Below, piece after piece: positions 13,644-23,587 of a DNA stretch of 64,000 nucleotides; the stretch's first letter is position 1, and each line of letters begins with the position of its first letter. The DNA comes from Eledone cirrhosa. Taxonomy: Eukaryota. Position numbers and translations under genes: made by a program. The notes below the pieces were generated by a model. The model saw only the letters and a list, made by a program, of their open reading frames with translations, made no database searches and was not told the origin of the DNA. The stretch lies in NCBI GenBank assembly GCA_964016885.1, contig OZ024740.1, forward strand, positions 1,550,001 to 1,614,000. Reading direction: 5' to 3'.

Positions 13644-13880
13644 CAGATGCTGGCTAACCCCTGGCCCCAGCAGACAGAATTGAGAAGTCTTCCCCAGATA
13701 ATAGTGAGGGAAATGTGTTGGAAGAACTATTCCAACTCAAGAGGATCACATCTGTGAGTAGCCAACTCTGTGCTGATGGTGGTGAGTAGGGAGGTGGTCC
13801 TAGGGCCAAGGACACCAGAAGTCTCCACTGTTACAAGGTGCTGATGGTGGTGAGTAGGGAGGTGGTCCTAGGGCCAAGAT
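13644..13880 (-). mobile_element. Degenerate 3' fragment of a CRE-clade (restriction-like endonuclease) non-LTR retrotransposon
   Basis: The minus strand reads LVTVETSGVLGPRTTSLLTTISTELATHRCDPLELE*FFQHISLTIIWG/(fs)FSILSAGARG*. This resembles the CRE C-terminal pattern 'VETxGxxGP...GDPRExxxLFQRISLAIQRGNAxSIL' (recalled, not aligned). A 41-bp internal direct duplication lies at ~13770-13810 and ~13838-13878. Confidence 0.65.
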
Positions 13881-14163
13881 TCTTTTAGATTATTCATCTT
13901 GTTTTGTTGTTATTGTTATCTTTTTTTTTGTTTCTATTTTTCTAACCTTTCAATTCCTAATCTGACAGAAAGATTTGTGTGTGATTATGACCATCCCATC
14001 TTTTTAGGGGTTATATAAGACTACACTGTTCAATATATCCTTTTACTTTCCCATAAATGTGATTTGAGGGAAATGTGACTGCTATTTCTAGCAAGTCGAC
14101 TGACCACATTAAAAGTTTTCTCATTCATCACTGGTAATATCAGAGGAATTGATGTTTACATTG

Positions 14164-14674
14164 TCATCATCATCATCATCATCATCGTTTAACGTCCATC
14201 TTCCACGCTAGCATGGGTTTGGACGGGAATTTTCCCACTTGAGGCAAGATTGGTTGTCTTGCTGAGGACTGTCTGGCGGGTTTTCTACGGCTGGGTGCCC
14301 TTCCTAACACCAACCACGTTTACAGTGTAGACTGGGAGGTTTTTACCGTGTTACCTACACGACCACATTACAGCGTGGACTGTGTGTTTTTTTGTTGTGA
14401 CACCTACACGACCTCATTTATTTAGGACTGGATGTTGTGGTACCAACATAACTTTACATTTAGGGGGTGGTGTGAATAGGGTGGGGTAGTGGGACGGGGG
14501 AGTATTTTTGTTAGAGGTGCCTACTGACTGTAGGTTTCACTTTGTACTTAGGCAAGGCGGGTCTTCTGTATTACTGTGTAGTGCCAAAGACCTCGGTCCA
14601 GTGACATTGTCTTGGAGAGGTGTGTGTGAGGTCGGAATTTATCAGGTCATCCCAGGTTTTTCTGGGTCTGCCTA
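14164..14674 (-). mobile_element. 5'-truncated RTE LINE (3' UTR plus last ORF codons, (ATG)n tail)
   Basis: Closely similar to the 3' ends at 57847-58350 and 60842-61379; CATCATCAT...GTTTAACGTCC on the + strand. Confidence 0.9.
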
Positions 14675-14689
14675 TAGTCCCAATAATAA

Positions 14690-14791
14690 TAGTTTCTGAT
14701 TTAGACACAAGGCAAGCAATTTTGGGATTGAATCAAACCAGTGTATTACTGGTACTTTATTTTATTGACCCTGTAAGGATGAAAGGCAAAG
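14690..14791 (-). mobile_element. Partial tRNA-derived SINE (3' half), same family as 16010-16186 and 22138-22323
   Basis: Shares ACTGGTACTTTATTTTATTGACCC..TAAGGATGAAAGGCAAAG, then runs straight into (GGT)n. Confidence 0.8.
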
Positions 14792-15972
14792 GTGGTGGTA
14801 GTATTGGTGGTATGGTGGTGGTAGTGGTGGTCGTGGTGATGGTGGTGGTGGTGGTAGTAGTGGTGGTGGTAGTTGCGGTGGTGGTGGTGGTAGTGGTAGT
14901 GGTGGTGTAATAATGGTGGTGGTTGTGATGGTGGTGGTAGTGGTGGTGGTGGTGGTAGTGGTGGTGGTGGTGGTAGTAGTGGTGGTGGTGGTGTAATAAT
15001 GGTGGTGGTGATGGTGGTGGTGGTGGTGGTGGTGGTAGTGTAATAATGGTGGTGGTAGTCGTGGTAGTGGTGGTGGTGGTAGTATAATAATGGTGGTGGT
15101 GGTAGTTGTGGTAGTGGTGATGGTGGTGGTGGTGGTAGTTGTGGTGATGGTGGTGGTGATGGTGGTGGTAGTTGTGTAGTGGTGGTGGTGGTAGTGTAAT
15201 AATGGTGGTGGTGGTATTTGTGGTGATGGTGGTGGTAGTTGTGGTGGTGGTGGTGGTAGTTGTGGTGGTGGTGGTGGTAGTTGTGGTGGTGGTGGTGGTA
15301 GTTGTGGTGGTGGTGGTAGTTGTGGTGGTGGTGGTGGTAGTTTTGGTGGTGGTGGTGGTAGTTGTGGTGGTGGTGGTGGTAGTTGTGGTGGTGGTGGTGG
15401 TGGTAGTTGTGGTGGTGGTGGTGGTAGTTTTGGTGGTGGAGGTGGTAGTTGTGGTGGTAGTTGTGGTGGTGGTGGTGGTAGTAGTGGTGGTGGTGGTGGT
15501 GGTAGTTGTGGTGGTGGTGGTGGTAGTTGTGGTGGTAGTTGTAGTGGTGGTGGTGGTGGTGGTGGTAGTTGTGGTGGTGGTGGTGGTGGTAGTTGTGGTT
15601 GTGGTGGTGGTAGTTGTGGTGGTTGTGGTGGTGGTGGTAGTTGTGGTGGTGGTGGTGGTAGTTGTGGTGGTGGTGGTGGTGGTGGTAGTTGTGGTGGTGG
15701 TAGTTGTGGTGGTGGTGGTGGTAGTTGTGGTGGTGGTGGTAGTTGTGGTGGTGGTGGTGGTAGTTGTGGTGGTTGTGGTAGTTGTGGTGGTGGTGGTGGT
15801 AGTTGTGGTGGTTGTGGTGGTGGTAGTTGTGGTGGTGGTGGTGGTAGTCGTGGTTGTGGTGGTAGTTGTGGTGGTGGTGGTGGTAGTTGTGGTGGTGGTG
15901 GTGGTAGTTGTGGTGGTTGTGGTGGTGGTGGTGGTAGTTGTGGTGGCGGTGGTGGTAGTTGTGGTGGTGGTG
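14791..15972. repeat. (GGT)n microsatellite with GTA/GTT interruptions
   Basis: Directly visible; it produces the spurious poly-V, poly-P and poly-H ORFs. Confidence 0.97.
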
Positions 15973-16009
15973 CTGACATAACTTACATTGATGTAGATGT
16001 TGCAATAAT

Positions 16010-16186
16010 TGTTTCTATTTTTGGCACAAGGCCAGCAATTACCCAGTACATTACTGGTACTTTATTTTATCGACCCCGTAAGGATGAAAGGCAAAGTTAA
16101 CCTCGGCGAGATTTGAACTCAGAATGGCAAGGACCGTAACTCTGTGCGTCAAATCATGGCGTCCGACTCTCTACCGGTACTGCCAA
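16010..16186 (-). mobile_element. tRNA-derived SINE, slightly 5'-truncated, with 9-bp TSD
   Basis: B-box GAGTTCAAATC on the minus strand. TSD TGCAATAAT at 16001-16009 and 16187-16195. Homologous to 22138-22323. Confidence 0.85.
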
Positions 16187-16244
16187 TGCAATAATAATGG
16201 AGGTTCTGAACTGAAAGATGCTTCCCTTGATGATGATGATGATT

Positions 16245-19200
16245 TGATGTCACTCTCTCTCCCTCTCCCCTCTCTAATATCTCTCTACCTCTCCTTTACA
16301 GTCTGTCCATGATGTCACTCCCTCTCTAATATCTCTCTACCTCTCCTTTACAGTCTGTCCATGATGTCACCCCCTCTCTAAGATCTCTCTACCTCTCCTT
16401 TACAGTCTGTCCATGATGTCACCCCCTCTCTAAGATCTCTCTGCCTCTCCTTTACAGTCTGTCCATGATGTCTCCCCCTCTCTAAGATCTCTCTACCTCT
16501 CCTTTACAGTCTGTCCATGATGTCACCCCCTCTCTAATATCTCTCTACCTCTCCTTTACAGTCTGTCCATGATGTCAACCCCTCTCTAATATCTCTCTAC
16601 CTCTCCTTTACAGTCTGTCCATGATGTCACCCGCTCTCTAAGATCTCTCTCTCTACCTCTCCTTTACAGTCTGTCCATGATGTCACCCCCTCTCTAATAT
16701 CTCTCTACCTCTCCTTTACAGTCTGTCCATGATGTCACCCCCTCTCTAAGATCTCTCTCTCTACCTCTCCTTTACAGTCTGTCCATGATGTCACCCCCTC
16801 TCTAATATCTCTCTACCTCTCCTTTACAGTCTGTCCATGATGTCACCCCCTCTCTAAGATCTCTCTCTCTACCTCTCCTTTACAGTCTGTCCATGATGTC
16901 ACCCCCTCTCTAATATCTCTCTACCTCTCCTTTACAGTCTGTCCATGATGTCACCCCCTCTCTAAGATCTCTCTCTCTACCTCTCCTTTACAGTCTGTCC
17001 ATGATGTCACCCCCTCTCTAAGATCTCTCTACCTCTCCTTTACAGTCTGTCCATGATGTCACCCCCTCTCTAAGATCTCTCTCTCTACCTCTCCTTTACA
17101 GTCTGTCCATGATGTCACCCCCTCTCTAATATCTCTCTACCTCTCCTTTACAGTCTGTCCATGATGTCACCCCCTCTCTAAGATCTCTCTCTCTACCTCT
17201 CCTTTACAGTCTGTCCATGATGTCACCCCCTCTCTAAGATCTCTCTCTCTACCTCTCCTTTACAGTCTGTCCATGATGTCACCCCCTCTATAAGATCTCT
17301 CTACCTCTCCTTTACAGTCTGTCCATGATGTCACCCCCTCTCTAATATCTCTCTACCTCTCCTTTACAGTCTGTCCATGATGTCACCCCCTCTCTTAGAT
17401 CTCTCTCTCTACCTCTCCTTTACAGTCTGTCCATGATGTCACCCCTTCTCTAAGATCTCTCTACCTCTCCTTTACAGTCTGTCCATGATGTCACCCCCTC
17501 TCTAATATCTCTCTACCTCTCCTTTACAGTCTGTCCATGATGTCACCCCCTCTCTAATATCTCTCTACCTCTCCTTTACAGTCTGTCCATGATGTCACCC
17601 CCTCTCTAATATCTCTCTACCTCTCCTTTACAGTCTGTCCATGATGTCACCCCCTCTCTAATATCTCTCTACCTCTCCTTTACAGTCTGTCCATGATGTC
17701 ACCCCCTCTCTAATATCTCTCTACCTCTCCTTTACAGTCTGTCCATGATGTCACCCCCTCTCTAATATCTCTCTACCTCTCCTTTACAGTCTGTCCATGA
17801 TGTCACCCCCTCTCTAAGATCTCTCTACCTCTCCTTTACAGTCTGTCCATGATGTCACCCCCTCTCTAAGATCTCTCTACCTCTCCTTTACAGTCTGTCC
17901 ATGATGTCACCCCCTCTCTAATATCTCTCTCTCTACCTCTCCTTTACAGTCTGTCCATGATGTCACCCCCTCTCTAATATCTCTCTCTCTACCTCTCCTT
18001 TACAGTCTGTCCATGATGTCACCCCCTCTCTAAGATCTCTCTACCTCTCCTTTACAGTCTGTCCATGATGTCACCCCCTCTCTAAGATCTCTCTCTCTAC
18101 CTCTCCTTTACAGTCTGTCCATGATGTCACCCCCTCTCTAATATCTCTCTACCTCTCCTTTACAGTCTGTCCATGATGTCACCCCCTCTCTAAGATCTCT
18201 CTCTCTACCTCTCCTTTACAGTCTGTCCATGATGTCACCCCCTCTCTAATATCTCTCTACCTCTCCTTTACAGTCTGTCCATGATGTCACCCCCTCTCTA
18301 AGATCTCTCTCTCTACCTCTCCTTTACAGTCTGTCCATGATGTCACCCCCTCTCTAAGATCTCTCTCTCTACCTCTCCTTTACAGTCTGTCCATGATGTC
18401 ACCCCCTCTCTAATATCTCTCTACCTCTCCTTTACAGTCTGTCCATGATGTCACCCCCTCTCTAATATCTCTCTACCTCTCCTTTACAGTCTGTCCATGA
18501 TGTCACCCCCTCTCTAAGATCTCTCTACCTCTCCTTTACAGTCTGTCCATGATGTCACCCCCTCTCTAAGATCTCTCTACCTCTCCTTTACAGTCTGTCC
18601 ATGATGTCACCCCCTCTCTAATATCTCTCTACCTCTCCTTTACAGTCTGTCCATGATGTCACACCCTCTCTAATATCTCTCTACCTCTCCTTTACAGTCT
18701 GTCCATGATGTCACCCCCTCTCTAATATCTCTCTACCTCTCCTTTACAGTCTGTCCATGATGTCACCCCCTCTCTAATATCTCTCTACCTCTCCTTTACA
18801 GTCTGTCCATGATGTCACCCCCTCTCTAAGATCTCTCTCTCTACCTCTCCTTTACAGTCTGTCCATGATGTCACCCCCTCTCTAATATCTCTCTACCTCT
18901 CCTTTACAGTCTGTCCATGATGTCACCCCCTCTCTAAGATCTCTCTCTCTACCTCTCCTTTACAGTCTGTCCATGATGTCACCCCCTCTCTAATATCTCT
19001 CTACCTCTCCTTTACAGTCTGTCCATGATGTCACCCCCTCTCTAAGATCTCTCTACCTCTCCTTTACAGTCTGTCCATGATGTCACCCCCTCTCTAATAT
19101 CTCTCTACCTCTCCTTTACAGTCTGTCCATGATGTCACCCCCTCTCTAATATCTCTCTACCTCTCCTTTACAGTCTGTCCATGATGTCACCCCCTCTCTA

Positions 19201-20931
19201 ATATCTCTCTACCTCTCCTTTACAGTCTGTCCATGATGTCACCCCCTCTCTAATATCTCTCTACCTCTCCTTTACAGTCTGTCCATGATGTCACCCCCTC
19301 TCTAAGATCTCTCTCTCTACCTCTCCTTTACAGTCTGTCCATGATGTCACCCCCTCTCTAATATCTCTCTACCTCTCCTTTACAGTCTGTCCATGATGTC
19401 ACCCCCTCTCTAAGATCTCTCTCTCTACCTCTCCTTTACAGTCTGTCCATGATGTCACCCCTCTCTAATATCTCTCTACCTCTCCTTTACAGTCTGTCCA
19501 TGATGTCACCCCCTCTCTAAGATCTCTCTCTCTACCTCTCCTTTACAGTCTGTCCATGATGTCACCCCCTCTCTAAGATCTCTCTACCTCTCCTTTACAG
19601 TCTGTCCATGATGTCACCCCCTCTCTAATATCTCTCTCTCTACCTCTCCTTTACAGTCTGTCCATGATGTCACCCCCTCTCTAATATCTCTCTCTCTACC
19701 TCTCCTTTACAGTCTGTCCATGATGTCACCCCCTCTCTAAGATCTCTCTACCTCTCCTTTACAGTCTGTCCATGATGTCACCCCCTCTCTAAGATCTCTC
19801 TCTCTACCTCTCCTTTACAGTCTGTCCATGATGTCACCCCCTCTCTAATATCTCTCTACCTCTCCTTTACAGTCTGTCCATGATGTCACCCCCTCTCTAA
19901 TATCTCTCTACCTCTCCTTTACAGTCTGTCCATGATGTCACCCCCTCTCTAATATCTCTCTACCTCTCCTTTACAGTCTGTCCATGATGTCACCCCCTCT
20001 CTAAGATCTCTCTCTCTACCTCTCCTTTACAGTCTGTCCATGATGTCACCCCCTCTCTAAGATCTCTCTCTCTACCTCTCCTTTACAGTCTGTCCATGAT
20101 GTCACCCCCTCTCTAATATCTCTCTACCTCTCCTTTACAGTCTGTCCATGATGTCACCCCCTCTCTAATATCTCTCTACCTCTCCTTTACAGTCTGTCCA
20201 TGATGTCACCCCCTCTCTAAGATCTCTCTACCTCTCCTTTACAGTCTGTCCATGATGTCACCCCCTCTCTAAGATCTCTCTACCTCTCCTTTACAGTCTG
20301 TCCATGATGTCACCCCCTCTCTAATATCTCTCTACCTCTCCTTTACAGTCTGTCCATGATGTCACCCCCTCTCTAATATCTCTCTACCTCTCCTTTACAG
20401 TCTGTCCATGATGTCACCCCCTCTCTAATATCTCTCTACCTCTCCTTTACAGTCTGTCCATGATGTCACCCCCTCTCTAATATCTCTCTACCTCTCCTTT
20501 ACAGTCTGTCCATGATGTCACCCCCTCTCTAATATCTCTCTACCTCTCCTTTACAGTCTGTCCATGATGTCACCCCCCTCTCTAATATCTCTCTACCTCT
20601 CCTTTACAGTCTGTCCATGATGTCACCCCCTCTCTAAGATCTCTCTACCTCTCCTTTACAGTCTGTCCATGATGTCACCCCCTCTCTAATATCTCTCTAC
20701 CTCTCCTTTACAGTCTGTCCATGATGTCACCCCCTCTCTATTATCTCTCTACCTCTCCTTTACAGTCTGTCCATGATGTCACCCCCTCTCTAATATCTCT
20801 CTACCTCTCCTTTACAGTCTGTCCATGATGTCACCCCCTCTCTATTATCTCTCTGCCTCTCCTTTACAGTCTGTCCATGATGTCACCCCCTCTCTAATAT
20901 CTCTCTACCTCTCCTTTACAGTCTGTCCATG
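16245..20931 (+). repeat. 52/56-bp tandem array (~85-90 copies) made of the amplified 3' splice site of the following exon
   Basis: Unit GATGTCACCCCCTCTCTAATATCTCTCTACCTCTCCTTTACAG|TCTGTCCAT. The last unit runs directly into the exon at 20922. Confidence 0.95.
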
Positions 20932-21021
20932 CCCACCAAGAAGTCCTGGAACAACTGCTGTCATCGGTAACTTCACAACTCTCCAAAGACATAAAAGACC
21001 AATCACCCACTCATAAAACTG
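20922..21021 (+). CDS. OSBPL1A: OSBPL1A/ORP1L-like exon (phase 0 to 1): SVHAHQEVLEQLLSSVTSQLSKDIKDQSPTHKT
   Basis: TTTACAG acceptor and G|GTAAAT donor. Open frame of 100 nt ending in phase 1; it joins 30018 (G+AC=Asp) in frame. Its position fits the helical segment preceding the ORP1L coiled coil. Confidence 0.75.
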
Positions 21022-21027
21022 GTAAAT

Positions 21028-21029
21028 AC

Positions 21030-21062
<33 letters not shown>

Positions 21063-21123
21063 TAGTACTACTACCACTACTACTACTACTACCACTACTA
21101 CTACTACTTCTACTACTACTACT

Positions 21124-21167
<44 letters not shown>

Positions 21168-21234
21168 TACTATTACTACTACTACTACTACTACTACTAC
21201 CACTACTACTACTACCACTACTACTACTACTGCC

Positions 21235-21282
<48 letters not shown>

Positions 21283-21463
21283 GCCACTACTACTACTACT
21301 ACTACTACTAGTACTTCTACCACCACCACCACCACTACTACTACTACTGCCACTACTACTACTACTACTGCCACTACTACTACTACTACTACTACTGCCA
21401 CTACTACTACTACTACTACTTCTACCACCACCACCACCACCACTACTACTACTACTACTACTG

Positions 21464-21516
<53 letters not shown>

Positions 21517-21517
21517 G

Positions 21518-21563
<46 letters not shown>

Positions 21564-21586
21564 CACTACTACTACTACTACTACTG

Positions 21587-21617
<31 letters not shown>

Positions 21618-21637
21618 CACTACTACTACTACTACTG

Positions 21638-21710
<73 letters not shown>

Positions 21711-21737
21711 CACCACCACCACCACTACTACTACTAC
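21028..21737. repeat. (ACT)n/(ACC)n microsatellite directly after the donor site
   Basis: Directly visible; source of the poly-S and poly-V ORFs. Confidence 0.97.
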
Positions 21738-22137
21738 AGAACTGTTTCTGGATTGGTTTATATGGCTGGATGTCCTTCCTAATGCCAACCCAATTGACAG
21801 TGTGGGCTGCGTACTTTTTGCTGTGACACCAACACAACCACTTTACACACGGGGCTGGATTTAATCGACTCTCCTCTCCCCACAAAATTGTTGGCTTTGC
21901 ACCAAAATCAAAAAGCATTATTAACTCTTAATAGAAAATATTTAATAGTAAGTTTGTTAATTCAAATGGTTATAGTATCTTTAGTAGTGGATTAATCCTT
22001 GTGAAAATTTGTTGTATTAACCCTTTAGCATTTACACCGGCCATATCTGGCCAGAAATCTCTCTCTTCTTTCTGTTCAAACCGGCTGTAACCGGCCACTT
22101 ACACTTATGTTAAGGTATTGTTCTCAAAATAAATAAT

Positions 22138-22323
22138 TGTTTCTACATTTGGCACAAGGCCAGCAATTACCCAGTTCATTACTGGTACTTTATTTTATTG
22201 ACCCCGTAAGGATGAAAGGCAAAGTTGACCTCGGCAGGAATTGAACTCAGACTGTAAAGGGCCGTAACTCTATGCTGCAAAACATGGCATCCAACCGTCT
22301 ACCGATTCTGCTAATCCACCGCC
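22138..22323 (-). mobile_element. Full-length tRNA-derived SINE with 17-bp TSD, inserted into the MITE
   Basis: The minus strand starts GGCGGTGGATTAGCAGAATCGG (A-box-like) and contains GAGTTCAATTCC (B-box). TSD TTCTCAAAATAAATAAT at 22121-22137 and 22325-22341. Confidence 0.9.
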
Positions 22324-22361
22324 ATTCTCAAAATAAATAATATCAAAATCTCATAGATTCG

Positions 22362-23350
22362 ATATTATGTGAGATATTATGTGAGGTAAAGCCTTTACTG
22401 TGAAAATACAATAGTATATATAGAGTAATGTAAATGTTATGTGAGGTATTATGTGAGGTAAAGCCTTTACTGTGAAAATACAATAGTATATATAGAGTAA
22501 TGTAAATGTTATGTGAGATATGTGAGGTAAAGCCTTTACTGTGAAAATACAATAGTATATATAGAGTAATGTAAATGTTATGTGAGGTATTATGTGAGGT
22601 AAAGCCTTTACTGTGAAAATACAATAGTATATATAGAGTAATGTAAATGTTATGTGAGATATGTGAGGTAAAGCCTTTACTGTGAAAATACAATAGTATA
22701 TATAGAGTAATGTAAATGTTATGTGAGATATTATGTGAGGTAAAGCCTTTACTGTGAAAATACAATAGTATATATAGAGTAATGTAAATGTTATGTGAGG
22801 TATTATGTGAGGTAAAGCCTTTACTGTGAAAATACAATAGTATATATAGAGTAATGTAAATGTTATGTGAGATATGTGAGGTAAAGCCTTTACTGTGAAA
22901 ATACAATAGTATATATAGAGTAATGTAAATGTTATGTGAGGTATTATGTGAGGTAAAGCCTTTACTGTGAAAATACAATAGTATATATAGAGTAATGTAA
23001 ATGTTATGTGAGATATGTGAGGTAAAGCCTTTACTGTGAAAATACAATAGTATATATAGAGTAATGTAAATGTTATGTGAGATATTATGTGAGGTAAAGC
23101 CTTTACTGTGAAAATACAATAGTATATATAGAGTAATGTAAATGTTATGTGAGGTATTATGTAAGGTAAAGCCTTTACTGTGAAAATACAATAGTATATA
23201 TAGAGTAATGTAAATGTTATGTGAGATATTATGTGAGGTAGAGCCTTTACTGTGAAAATACAATAGTATATATAGAGTAATGTAAATGTTATGTGAGATA
23301 TTATGTGAGGTAAAGCCTTTACTGTGAAAATACAATAGTATATATAGAGT
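22362..23350. repeat. 69/72-bp tandem array, left part (~14 units), derived from the MITE subterminal region
   Basis: Unit GTGAGGTAAAGCCTTTACTGTGAAAATACAATAGTATATATAGAGTAATGTAAATGTTATGTGAG(A/G)TA(TTA)T. Confidence 0.95.
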
Positions 23351-23587
23351 GGTTTCTTTATTTGCCACCAGGGCACAAAAGGTAGGGACAGATACAAGGG
23401 GGGAAGTTTACATATAATTAACAAGTACAAAAATATAACAATGAAATAACAACAACAAACGAAGTCCTCAATAGGGAGGGGGAATTCACATGGGTCGCAC
23501 ACACCCCGGAAAAAATGTGCAACCCTTCTCCTCAGGAGCACAAAGAGTAGGTGCTTCCCTCGTCTCCTCTTTTTCCTCTTCTTTCAC

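Noticed and set aside
13630-13781. Possible + strand host exon (pyrimidine tract, CTAG acceptor, GTGAGT donors)
   Set aside because: No frame from the good acceptor gives a phase compatible with the phase-0 exon at 20922, and the minus strand is better explained as a CRE retroelement C-terminus.
14746-16005. Long His-, Pro- and Val-rich ORFs (also 20905-21918 and 21003-21788)
   Set aside because: They are translations of trinucleotide microsatellites that lack stops; no domain or splice support.
22343-23541. 341/396-aa repeat-protein ORFs (and 28943-29851)
   Set aside because: Artefact of 69/72-bp units divisible by 3, derived from a non-coding MITE.
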